From an uncultured Gammaproteobacteria bacterium (lineage in GTDB: Bacteria; Patescibacteriota; Microgenomatia; UBA10105; UBA927), in assembly GCA_964621305.1 (NCBI GenBank), contig CAZUOM010000001.1, forward strand, positions 74,390-138,389: DNA of 64,000 nucleotides, read 5' to 3'. The notes below the pieces were generated by a model that made no database searches, was not told the DNA's origin, and worked only from the letters and a program-made list of their open reading frames with translations. Made by a program: the position numbers and the translations under genes. This document shows, piece by piece, positions 19,749 through 28,505 of the stretch (the stretch's first letter is position 1; the number at the start of each line of letters is the position of its first letter).

Positions 19749-20123
19749 TCACTCCAAAATCGGCACGCGGTACTTGTGTAGCTTAGGATCGGCGGTAATA
19801 ATCGCACAGCCCTCAATCAGTGCCTGCGCCACAATCATCCGGTCAAAAGGGTCTTTATGATGAAGCGGAAGCTCATGCAATTTTTTTACATGGGACATAC
19901 TGATAGGTAATGAATCAAATTCGAGATTCCCGAAACATACCTCCCAACTTTTACGAAGCTTAAGTTTATTATTTCTCATCTTAATACTCATTTCCCATGC
20001 GGTGACACTACTTACAAATATAAAATTTTCCGGATTGCTTATCGTTTCCCGCCACGAGGATTTTAATCTAGCATTGTCGTCTACCCACCATATAAACACA
20101 TTAGTGTCGAGTAGATACTTCAT
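19749..20123 (-). CDS. vapC: PIN-domain toxin VapC
   Basis: LLDTNVFIWW N-terminus and conserved acidic residues of the PIN fold. Confidence 0.85.
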   Translation of the reverse strand: MKYLLDTNVFIWWVDDNARLKSSWRETISNPENFIFVSSVTAWEMSIKMRNNKLKLRKSWEVCFGNLEFDSLPISMSHVKKLHELPLHHKDPFDRMIVAQALIEGCAIITADPKLHKYRVPILE

Positions 20124-20371
20124 TACTTATCGTCGGATCCATAAAACATCCTGTTTATCTCGGGATCTTCATCGTCAAAATCATCTGATATCCAAATTTG
20201 CCCCTTGAGCCTGCCCGGAACCCTGGGTTTTTTTTCAGTCGCAATAGGAACGAGTCGCACCAATGGTTTACCGTCTTTCGCAATCATTACATCATTTCCT
20301 GCCAGCGCTTGGGCAACAAGCTGCGAAAGGTTAGTTTTTGCATCAAACATGTTTACTATCTGAGGTGTCAT
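20123..20371 (-). CDS. vapB: Phd/YefM-type antitoxin VapB
   Basis: MFDAKTNLSQLV...; ATGA overlap with vapC. Confidence 0.75.
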   Translation of the reverse strand: MTPQIVNMFDAKTNLSQLVAQALAGNDVMIAKDGKPLVRLVPIATEKKPRVPGRLKGQIWISDDFDDEDPEINRMFYGSDDK

Positions 20372-20376
20372 ATTAC

Positions 20377-20399
20377 TTAGCTAATATTAGCTAATATTG
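20377..20399. promoter_or_regulatory. tandem 10-mer TAGCTAATAT x2 (palindromic TTAGCTAA cores) upstream of vapB
   Basis: direct repeat with palindromic cores immediately 5' of the antitoxin start; typical TA autoregulatory operator layout. Confidence 0.3.
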
Positions 20400-20408
20400 A
20401 TCATAATG

Positions 20409-21425
20409 TCAAGTTCCGATTTTAAATTCCACCACATCCCCGTCTGCCATTTCGTAGTCTCTTCCTTCCATCCGGAGCCTGCCTGTTTCTTTCGCCTTAT
20501 TCCACCCTCCGATGGCAACGAGCTGATCATAACCGATCGCCTCTGCTTTAATGAATTTCTTTTCAAAGTCCGTGTGGATGACACCGGCCGCCTGCGGAGC
20601 TTTTGTTCCTTTCTCAATTGTCCATGCTCGGACTTCTTTGGACCCCTGCGTCAGAAACGAAATGAGCCCGAGAGTCTCGTAGGCTTTCTGAATGAAACGA
20701 TCCAGGCCGGATGATTCCAACCCCAAAGCCAGTAAATACGCCTTTTGATCGGCATCCGAAAGCGACGCAAGCTCCATTTCCGTTTTAGCGCAAATCCGAA
20801 AACCCTCGCCAAGAAGACTATCTTCTGAAACGTTTGCGACGGGAAGCGTCGGTTTCATTGTGAGAAGCTGAAGCAACCGCACCTCCTGTTTTGCCTCTTG
20901 GGAAAGGGGTACGTCACGCGCCGGTATCCCGCGGTTGAGTGAAGCGAGTAATGTTAACACCATTTCACTTTTTGTTTTTTGCTTCTCCAGTGTCTGCAGG
21001 TCGGAGAGAATCAGCTCTGTTTCAATAATCTCCCGGTCGCCGACAGGATCCACGTCTCCTGCCACATGCACAACGGATGCATCAGTAAAATATCTGACCA
21101 CGTGACAGATGATATTAACTTCCCGAATATGGGCTAAAAATTTGTTGCCTAACCCCTGACCCTCGCTTGCTCCTTTAACCAGTCCCGCGATATCTACGAA
21201 TTCAACCACGGCAGGCACTATAGGCGGCGTTATTCCTTCTTCACTATGAACTAGCTTTGCTAGAGTTGCTAACCTGCTATCGGGAACTGGCACGACGCCG
21301 ACGTTGGGCTCTATGGTTGTGAACGGATAATTTGCCGCCTCTGCCGCCTGTCTTTTAAGGAGGGCATTAAAGAGAGTAGATTTGCCCGCATTCGGTAGAC
21401 CAACGATCCCTACTTTTAAATTCAT
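20409..21425 (-). CDS. ychF: ribosome-binding ATPase YchF
   Basis: G1 GLPNAGKST, Obg-like G-domain, C-terminal TGS domain. Confidence 0.9.
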   Translation of the reverse strand: MNLKVGIVGLPNAGKSTLFNALLKRQAAEAANYPFTTIEPNVGVVPVPDSRLATLAKLVHSEEGITPPIVPAVVEFVDIAGLVKGASEGQGLGNKFLAHIREVNIICHVVRYFTDASVVHVAGDVDPVGDREIIETELILSDLQTLEKQKTKSEMVLTLLASLNRGIPARDVPLSQEAKQEVRLLQLLTMKPTLPVANVSEDSLLGEGFRICAKTEMELASLSDADQKAYLLALGLESSGLDRFIQKAYETLGLISFLTQGSKEVRAWTIEKGTKAPQAAGVIHTDFEKKFIKAEAIGYDQLVAIGGWNKAKETGRLRMEGRDYEMADGDVVEFKIGT

Positions 21426-21430
21426 GAAAG

Positions 21431-21958
21431 TTACTCCTCCTGTGGAGTAGGTTGATCCGGTTCTTCCCCGGGTTTAAGCCACTGGACATACGGGCAGCCG
21501 GTGGACATTCGTTTTTCTCGATCCCAACCTGCGGTCGAACACTTTTTCATTTTCTTGCCTCTCGATGTGGTAAACAAAACTACTGGACTAGAGCACTCCG
21601 GACATTTTTCATCCAGTGTAACTGTCGTACCACTCACCCACTCGACATAATCGCAGCCGGTAGCTTTTTTTGCTTCTTTATCCCAACCACCAGTACTGCA
21701 TTTTTTCAACTTTTTGCCAAATCGCGTGACGGCAAGCACCAGGTTGTTCCCGCATTTGGGGCATTTCTCAACGAGCGTCTGCGGGGGAGTTTCCAGCCAT
21801 TTGACGTAATCGCAACCCTCGCTCTTTCGAGTCTGGGAATTCCAGCGGCCGGCGCTGCAGCGAATCAGTTTCCTACCGGTCGGTGTGGTTATAATATCTC
21901 CGAGAGGACTTGCGCATTTGGGACACACATCACGTTGTGGCAACTCTACATCATTCAT
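21431..21958 (-). CDS. YrdD-like protein with three tandem topoisomerase-type C4 zinc ribbons
   Basis: three repeats of CPKC/CPEC...KC..GCDYVEW units. Confidence 0.75.
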   Translation of the reverse strand: MNDVELPQRDVCPKCASPLGDIITTPTGRKLIRCSAGRWNSQTRKSEGCDYVKWLETPPQTLVEKCPKCGNNLVLAVTRFGKKLKKCSTGGWDKEAKKATGCDYVEWVSGTTVTLDEKCPECSSPVVLFTTSRGKKMKKCSTAGWDREKRMSTGCPYVQWLKPGEEPDQPTPQEE

Positions 21959-22023
21959 ATTCCTTAGTCTTACTGTCAGTATACATGCTTGACAGCGATA
22001 CGCAACAATGGAACAATACGTTT

Positions 22024-22410
22024 ATGAAGAAAAAAAGCAATACGCTCATTTATGTTGCCGTCATTATCGGTCTGATCATTTCAGCTATTGCGGCAACTGC
22101 AGTAGTCAATCGCACAAAGGAACAAGCTCCGTCTGATATCCGGGCAAAGGCAGGAGCGACCTCTGCTCTTCAAATGACGGGTACGGTAGGGTCTGTGGAC
22201 AATTCGAAAGGGGTATTTTCGTTGACTGACGTACGTTTTGTTTCAAGTACATCTGAAACTACTCTCGGCACCTGGAGCGTTACTCCCCCGTCGGGATTTT
22301 CACTCAATTCCCTTTCGGCAGGTACTCAGGTCACAATAACGATCAATCCAGCGACCATGTTGACATCATCATCAACGGTGACTGCAACACAGATCATCGT
22401 GGAACGCTGA
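22024..22410 (+). CDS. hypothetical secreted/anchored protein
   Basis: MKKKSNTLIYVAVIIGLIISAIAATA signal/anchor; the upstream part of ORF 21910.. overlaps the convergent gene and is discounted. Confidence 0.45.
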   Translation: MKKKSNTLIYVAVIIGLIISAIAATAVVNRTKEQAPSDIRAKAGATSALQMTGTVGSVDNSKGVFSLTDVRFVSSTSETTLGTWSVTPPSGFSLNSLSAGTQVTITINPATMLTSSSTVTATQIIVER

Positions 22411-23827
22411 CTATTCGGGGACCCTGCGCGCAGTCTTCTACAAAAAAACCTTTTTCTTCTATAGCTTTGCGAATTTTGTCTGCATCTTCAAATTTATTTT
22501 CTCTACGCAACTGCTCACGCTTGTCTACAAGTATTTGAATCTCCTTAGGTACTTTTTCTTGTTTGGTCATTGAGATTTGTGATTTGAGATTTAGTCCAAG
22601 TACTTCATCGAAATCAACAAGTAAGTCATATTTATCCTGCGACGGAATGTTGGACTTCACCACTTCCCACGCAACAGCTAAGGCTTGGGGCATGTTCAGA
22701 TTGTCCTCGAGTGCCGCTTTAAACTTATCCCGAAACGTGTCTGTTTTTGCCAATTTTTCTTCGGATAACGACGTTCTCTTCAAATTTGAAATTTGAAATT
22801 TGAAATTTGAAATTGAAAACCGCAGTTGGTTGAGTGCGTTTTGTGCTGCGGTGAAGGCTTCCCATGTAAAATTTATCTCGGTACGATAGTGAGCGGTCAA
22901 GTAAAAATACCTTAGTGCGAGGGCATCAAAACCTTTGGCTACTACATCATTAACCGTAAAAATATTACCGAGGCTTTTGCTCATCTTCTTGCCGTCGACC
23001 ATAAGAAAGGCGTGGTGCACCCAAAATCGTACAAAAGGTTTACCCGTTGCCGCTTCACTTTGGGCAATTTCGTTGGGATGGTGAACTGGAATGTGATCTA
23101 TGCCGCCGGTATGAATGTCGAAGGTGGGGCCTAAATACTTCATGCTCATTGCAGAACACTCAATGTGCCAGCCGGGAAAGCCATCGCCCCAGGGGCTATC
23201 CCAATGCATCATGTGATTGGCAAATCGACCAACGCGCTTGAACCAGAGGGCAAAATCCGCGGGGTGTTTTTTGTGTTCGCCGGTTTTGACCTCTCCTCGG
23301 GCTGCCACTACTTTCTCCTCAAAATTTTGTCCACTTAACGCTCCATAGTTGGGAAATTTCGTCACGTCAAAATAGACGGCCTCCGGCGTCTCATATGCAA
23401 ACCTCTTTTCAACTAGCATTTTGATCAACGCAATTTGCTCGGGAATATGATCTGTGGCTTTGCAGATGATATCCGGCCGCAACACGTTGAGCTTGTCCAT
23501 CGAATCATAAAAGTGTTTCGTAAAATACTCTGCTACCTCCCAAACGGTTTTTCCTGTTTTTAGGGCTCCCTTTTCTAATTTGTCTTCTCCCTCATCGGCG
23601 TCAGAGACGAGGTGGCCGACGTCAGTAATGTTTTGTACGTGTTTGACCTTATAGCCAAGATATGTGAGCGCTCGGCGCAACACGTCGTCGCCCACATATT
23701 TCCTTCCGTGGCCGATGTGCGCATAGTCATACACCGTCATGCCGCAGGTATAGAGTCCCACCAGTTGCGGCTTGATCGGCACAAATTCTTCAACTTTTTT
23801 GGTCAAGGTGTTGTAAAGCTTAAGCAT
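22394..23827 (-). CDS. cysS: cysteinyl-tRNA synthetase
   Basis: HIGH (HIGHGR) and KMSKS motifs, Zn-binding Cys; contains in-frame heptamer repeats. Confidence 0.9.
   Translation of the reverse strand: MLKLYNTLTKKVEEFVPIKPQLVGLYTCGMTVYDYAHIGHGRKYVGDDVLRRALTYLGYKVKHVQNITDVGHLVSDADEGEDKLEKGALKTGKTVWEVAEYFTKHFYDSMDKLNVLRPDIICKATDHIPEQIALIKMLVEKRFAYETPEAVYFDVTKFPNYGALSGQNFEEKVVAARGEVKTGEHKKHPADFALWFKRVGRFANHMMHWDSPWGDGFPGWHIECSAMSMKYLGPTFDIHTGGIDHIPVHHPNEIAQSEAATGKPFVRFWVHHAFLMVDGKKMSKSLGNIFTVNDVVAKGFDALALRYFYLTAHYRTEINFTWEAFTAAQNALNQLRFSISNFKFQISNLKRTSLSEEKLAKTDTFRDKFKAALEDNLNMPQALAVAWEVVKSNIPSQDKYDLLVDFDEVLGLNLKSQISMTKQEKVPKEIQILVDKREQLRRENKFEDADKIRKAIEEKGFFVEDCAQGPRIVSVPR
22781..22817. repeat. 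tandem heptamer (AAATTTG)x4 inside cysS, in frame (encodes FKFQISN...)
   Basis: seen directly; a second degenerate GATTTGA run lies at 22560-22585. Confidence 0.8.
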
Positions 23828-23917
23828 GGATTTATTCTACCAGAATTCTAAATTTCCGGGGGACGGCGGGGCTAGCTTCCGCCGTACTAGGTTGTTTTTC
23901 CTCTTGGTTCCGTGGTT

Positions 23918-24391
23918 TTAGTCTTGACGGACGTTGCGGCTCATTTCGGCAGAGGCTCTCTTTGCTTTGAGACCATAAAGGTCCCCGCGCGGGCGCTTGC
24001 CTTGCATTTTGGGGAGTGCTTGTTGTTGAGCCGCTTGTTGTTTTTGCTGTTGTTGCTGCTTTTTTTGTTCAGCCTCCATCTGAATTTTCTCCCACACCGA
24101 GGGTTCTTTTTCTTTGGGCTTGCCGGCAAGTTGCTCGAGGGCTGAGCGGGCAATGGCTTTTTTGGCTTTTTCGTCTTTGGCGGCATCGAGCTGTCCTAAG
24201 GCTCCTTCCTTAGTTTTTGAGGCATCTTGCCCAGACTGCGTCACCGGCTGTCCTTGCTGCTTGCTTGAACTACCTAGGCTTTCAATGGCTTTTCCCACAA
24301 TGTCTTTAGGCACCTGGGCAGTCTGCTTGAGAATATCCTTGCCGATGTCTTCGAAGGAACCGATGATTTGCGATGGGATGCCTGTTTTCAT
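23918..24391 (-). CDS. hypothetical low-complexity (Gln/Lys/Ala-rich) protein
   Basis: ORF only; poly-Q/K-rich. Confidence 0.4.
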   Translation of the reverse strand: MKTGIPSQIIGSFEDIGKDILKQTAQVPKDIVGKAIESLGSSSKQQGQPVTQSGQDASKTKEGALGQLDAAKDEKAKKAIARSALEQLAGKPKEKEPSVWEKIQMEAEQKKQQQQQKQQAAQQQALPKMQGKRPRGDLYGLKAKRASAEMSRNVRQD

Positions 24392-24392
24392 A

Positions 24393-24698
24393 TTAAAAAA
24401 TCCCTAGCTGGTCCTTGGCTGATTGGCTTAGCCGGTCCGTCGACCACGGCGGATCAAAGGTCAGTTCCACTTCAACTTGTTTAACCTCCGAAAGCTTGCC
24501 CACTCCCTCCTTGATGGGCGTGGAGATAACATCAAAAAGTGGACAGCCCGCCGTGGTCAGCGTCATCGTGATTTTGACCGTGCCGGTCTTTTTGTCAATA
24601 CCAATATCGTAGACAAGCCCGAGGTCCCAAAGCGACACCCCGATCTCCGGATCGGGAATCTGCTTTAATATATCTTCGATTTGCTTTTTGGTAGGCAT
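24393..24698 (-). CDS. DUF59/MIP18 (SufT-like) Fe-S cluster assembly protein
   Basis: PDPEIGVSLWDLGLVYDI...TLTTAGCP pattern. Confidence 0.75.
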   Translation of the reverse strand: MPTKKQIEDILKQIPDPEIGVSLWDLGLVYDIGIDKKTGTVKITMTLTTAGCPLFDVISTPIKEGVGKLSEVKQVEVELTFDPPWSTDRLSQSAKDQLGIF

Positions 24699-25304
24699 CT
24701 AATACTCCCTCCTCCCTTCCAGCGCTCTACCAAGCGTGACCTCGTCAGCATACTCAATATCCGCCCCAACAGGCAACCCGTGCGCCAGCCTTGTCACTTT
24801 GCGCTTTGCGCTTTGCACTCTTAATTGCTTAGTGATGTACATCGCCGTTGCCTCCCCTTCCATGCTCGGATTCATCGCAAGAATAATTTCCCGCACGCTG
24901 TCCCCATGTGCTCTCTTAATAAGATCCGCAATATAAATTTCATCCGGCCCGATGTTGTTTAGTGGGTCAATGGCTCCATGAAGCACGTGATACAACCCTT
25001 TATATTTTCCTGTCCTCTCTATAGAAAGGACATCAGTCGGCTGCTCGACGACACAGATGGTTGACTGTTCGCGCGACGGATCGCCGCAGATCACGCACGG
25101 ATCAACTTCAGCAACGTTTTTACATAACGAACAAAGAACAGTTGAAGATTTAAGCATCTTGAGCCTGTCACCAAACTGGTCTAGCTCCTCTTGGGGAACA
25201 TGTAAAAGATAAAAAGCCAGCCGCTGGGCAGTCTTGGGTCCGATACCTGGCAATTTTTCAAAAGATTCAATTAAGCGACAAAGAGCTTTAGGAAGTAGAG
25301 ACAT
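24699..25304 (-). CDS. recR: recombination protein RecR
   Basis: HhH GIGPKTAQRLAF, C4 zinc finger, Toprim; contains an in-frame (CTTTGCG)x3 repeat at 24795-24818. Confidence 0.9.
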   Translation of the reverse strand: MSLLPKALCRLIESFEKLPGIGPKTAQRLAFYLLHVPQEELDQFGDRLKMLKSSTVLCSLCKNVAEVDPCVICGDPSREQSTICVVEQPTDVLSIERTGKYKGLYHVLHGAIDPLNNIGPDEIYIADLIKRAHGDSVREIILAMNPSMEGEATAMYITKQLRVQSAKRKVTRLAHGLPVGADIEYADEVTLGRALEGRREY

Positions 25305-25313
25305 GAAAACATT

Positions 25314-26228
25314 CTATCCGATCATCGAAGAAATTGCTCGTCCCAGAAGAGGACCCACGGAAATGATCGTTAATTTCGGAAATTGCTTCTCTTTTGGTAT
25401 TGCAATCGTGTCGGTCAGAAATACGCGGTCAATGCTCGGCGTTTGTAAGCGCTCAACCGCCGGCCCGGCCAAAACCCCGTGGGTGGCAACGAACGTAACT
25501 GATCTTGCTCCGGCCTCTTTGAGAGCCGGAGCGCCTGCGGCAATGGTGGAGCCACTTGCAATGATGTCATCAATGACGACTACGTCGCGATCTTTGACGT
25601 CGCCAATGAGCTGAACCGCCTCGGTGGTATCGCGTCGATCCAGGTACCGCTTCTTCTCCATGACCACTATGGGCATATCGAGAAGGTAGCCAAGGTTTCG
25701 CGCTCGCTTGACCCCGCCCACATCTGGCGAGACGACAACGCCGTGATTTAATTTCAGTTTTTTGATTTGGCTGGCGACAAGCTCTAGTGCACTCAAGTGG
25801 ATCACTGGAATCTGGAAAAAACCAACGATAGCATCATTGTGTAGATCTACGCTGACGACTTCCTTGAATTTGCTTACCTCGATAAACTTAGCAATCACCC
25901 GCGACGACACCGGCTCACCCGCCCGATGCTGCTTATCCTGACGCGCATAGCCCATGTAGGGAATGACGGCAATCATGTTTTTTGGCGCACTTCTCCTTAT
26001 GGCGTCACCCAAAAGAACGAGCTCCATGATGTGCTCATCCATGGGATACGAAAGCGACTCTAAAACAAAAACTGTTTTATCCCGCACGTCTTCCTGTATC
26101 CACGGTCGAAGCTCTCCGTCTGCAAATCGTGTCAGGTCTACCTTGCCCAGCGTAGTCCCCAGCTCCTTGGCAACGGCCTCTGCCAACGGCCGATTGCTCG
26201 AGCCGGAAAAAAGCACAAAATCTTTCAT
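25314..26228 (-). CDS. prs: ribose-phosphate pyrophosphokinase
   Basis: PRPP synthetase motifs (DLHNDAIVGFF; VIDDIIASGST). Confidence 0.9.
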   Translation of the reverse strand: MKDFVLFSGSSNRPLAEAVAKELGTTLGKVDLTRFADGELRPWIQEDVRDKTVFVLESLSYPMDEHIMELVLLGDAIRRSAPKNMIAVIPYMGYARQDKQHRAGEPVSSRVIAKFIEVSKFKEVVSVDLHNDAIVGFFQIPVIHLSALELVASQIKKLKLNHGVVVSPDVGGVKRARNLGYLLDMPIVVMEKKRYLDRRDTTEAVQLIGDVKDRDVVVIDDIIASGSTIAAGAPALKEAGARSVTFVATHGVLAGPAVERLQTPSIDRVFLTDTIAIPKEKQFPKLTIISVGPLLGRAISSMIG

Positions 26229-26237
26229 TATTTCATC

Positions 26238-27434
26238 CTATCCCTTTGGGCAATATTGAGCAAGTGCTTTTTTAAGAAGTTCGATACAGCGGGTCAGCTT
26301 TTGCACATTTAATACATACGCGATGCGGACTTGGCTTTTGCCGAGACCGGGTGTGGCGTAAAAACCTGCCGCTGGCGCAAGCATGACGGTTTCATTGTTA
26401 TGGCGAAAATCAGTGAGTAACCACTTACAAAAATCTTCCGCATCATCTATCGGAAACCCGACTATTGCATAAAAGGCTCCTTCCGGCTTGGGCATCACAA
26501 CTCCCTCAATACTCTTGAGTCCTTCATAGAGAAAGTCCCTGCGCTTCTCGTACTCTTTGTTCACCTTTGCTAGGTAGGAAGACGGAACTTCGGTTAGTTT
26601 TGCGGCAACGGCCTGGTCGATAAATCCGGCCGATAGCCGGCCCTGGGCAACACGAAGCACTCCTGCCATAATATCCCGATTGAGCGATACCAAGGCACCC
26701 AGACGGGCTCCGCAAAGACTATAGCGCTTGGACATGCTATCAAGGATCACCGCCTGATCGGGAATTTCCTGCATATAAGAAAACAGCGACGTTTGAGTTT
26801 TTCCGTCATAAACATACTCGCGGTACACCTCATCGGCAAGCAAAAACAAGTTGTGTTTTTTGGCAACCGATACAAGCGTCTCTACTTCTTTTTTAGAATA
26901 CACCGTGCCAGTTGGATTGTTGGGGCTACAATAAAGTATTGCCCTCGTTTTCTTTGTTATTTTTTGTTCGATTGATGAAAGAGGTGGCAGATGAAATCCG
27001 TTCTCCGCCTTTGTGCAGACGGGAACGAGGTTTACCCCGTTAACGATGGCATAAGTGTTATAGTTGGTATAGAGCGGTTCAAAAACTAGAATCTCATCTC
27101 CTAGCCCAGCAACGGCAAACATCGCAAGTGAGATAGCTTCGCTGCCACCGCTGGTTGCCTGAATATGCGTAATATCCAGAAATGAAAATCCTAAGCCGTG
27201 ATAGTACGTTTTTAACGCATTGAGAAAATCCGCTTCTCCCTGAGATTGTCCATAACGGATTGGATTTGCTTTCCAATTTAGAAGAACGTCTAGCATCACT
27301 TCCGGCGTTTCAATGTCCGGATCGCCAATGTTGAGATGATACACCGTCACTCCCTGCCTTTTGGCCTCAACCGCATACGGCACGAGCTTGCGGATGGGAG
27401 AGGCGGGAACGGACAGCATCCGTTGTGAAATCAT
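26238..27434 (-). CDS. class I/II PLP-dependent aminotransferase (aspartate aminotransferase family)
   Basis: SMSKRYSLCGARLG PLP-lysine region; start taken at the internal Met (the ORF track extends to 27455). Confidence 0.85.
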   Translation of the reverse strand: MISQRMLSVPASPIRKLVPYAVEAKRQGVTVYHLNIGDPDIETPEVMLDVLLNWKANPIRYGQSQGEADFLNALKTYYHGLGFSFLDITHIQATSGGSEAISLAMFAVAGLGDEILVFEPLYTNYNTYAIVNGVNLVPVCTKAENGFHLPPLSSIEQKITKKTRAILYCSPNNPTGTVYSKKEVETLVSVAKKHNLFLLADEVYREYVYDGKTQTSLFSYMQEIPDQAVILDSMSKRYSLCGARLGALVSLNRDIMAGVLRVAQGRLSAGFIDQAVAAKLTEVPSSYLAKVNKEYEKRRDFLYEGLKSIEGVVMPKPEGAFYAIVGFPIDDAEDFCKWLLTDFRHNNETVMLAPAAGFYATPGLGKSQVRIAYVLNVQKLTRCIELLKKALAQYCPKG

Positions 27435-27444
27435 ACGTATTACG

Positions 27445-28227
27445 TTATTTTTCAACAGAAAATTCAGTCTCTATCTGCGGGCAGCCGAATTCCTTCCATG
27501 CGGAAAGGCCCCGTAAAAATAACTCCATGAATCGATCATCGCCACCGGAAGATCCAGGCGCGAATGCCAACCCCCCTTCGCGGATAGCAAACGACCCGTC
27601 GGTGAAAAATGCCGTCCGTTTCATTCCATCAACCGTTACTGTCAGGGGCTGGCCGGGCTCAAACCTGCAAGAAGATGAACGGACGGTAGTTTTCATATTC
27701 CCATAGCCGTCTATCCATGCAATACGATATCCCGGTATATCCGGAATAAGCGATGCGTCCATTTCTGATCCGATATACTCTTGCTTACTCCTGAGTATAC
27801 CAACAACCGCTTCCGGATAAAAATCTCGTGAGCGAAATTGTGAGCCTCTGTTGACCACATTGACCAGATGAAGTTGCTTAATCTGGGGTTTAGCAAACGA
27901 AAAACAGTAACCGGCGTTGACCCCGACGATACGGACCCCATTGGTAAGATATGCATACACCAACTGTTCACCTTCGTTACCGTGGCGGGATTCTTTGTCG
28001 TCTTTCCTGGGAGCGGTATTGGTGTAGATGAGCATTTCGCTAACCGGGTTGATGCTCGCATACTGGGCCATCCAAAAACCTGTAGCCAGCGTACTGAATT
28101 TCGGCACACTCGTGCAAAAAACGTCCAGATTCGGATCCAGAAGCTTTAGTTTTTGAACTACTTCCCCAAAAGAAGGGTCACCAACTCCATAATCAGCTAT
28201 AAATTGGATAAAAGCTTGCTGCCCCAT
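27445..28227 (-). CDS. SAM hydroxide adenosyltransferase (DUF62, fluorinase/chlorinase-like SAM hydrolase)
   Basis: N- and C-domain pattern of the DUF62 family. Confidence 0.7.
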   Translation of the reverse strand: MGQQAFIQFIADYGVGDPSFGEVVQKLKLLDPNLDVFCTSVPKFSTLATGFWMAQYASINPVSEMLIYTNTAPRKDDKESRHGNEGEQLVYAYLTNGVRIVGVNAGYCFSFAKPQIKQLHLVNVVNRGSQFRSRDFYPEAVVGILRSKQEYIGSEMDASLIPDIPGYRIAWIDGYGNMKTTVRSSSCRFEPGQPLTVTVDGMKRTAFFTDGSFAIREGGLAFAPGSSGGDDRFMELFLRGLSAWKEFGCPQIETEFSVEK

Positions 28228-28231
28228 GAAG

Positions 28232-28504
28232 TTACTTTGGAAGATTCATTTGCTTGGAGATTTCTGAAAGTTTTCCGGCGGCTGCTTGCTGAGACTTTTT
28301 GATAGCCTCTTGGACTGCCCGGCGGGCCTCTTCGTCTGCTGCTCCATCAATTTCGACGATTTTGACGTTTTGGTTGCCGGTCATAACCACGCGCACGCGG
28401 CCCACGATGACCTCAAATTCTTCTTTCTCGAGAGCCGCTTGAATTGCACCAGCCTGCTGGCGCATCTGGTTAAGGTCTCCGAGCATTTTAAAAGGATTGA
28501 TCAT
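28232..28504 (-). CDS. ybaB: nucleoid-associated protein YbaB/EbfC
   Basis: family pattern; conserved position after dnaX. Confidence 0.85.
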   Translation of the reverse strand: MINPFKMLGDLNQMRQQAGAIQAALEKEEFEVIVGRVRVVMTGNQNVKIVEIDGAADEEARRAVQEAIKKSQQAAAGKLSEISKQMNLPK

Positions 28505-28505
28505 A

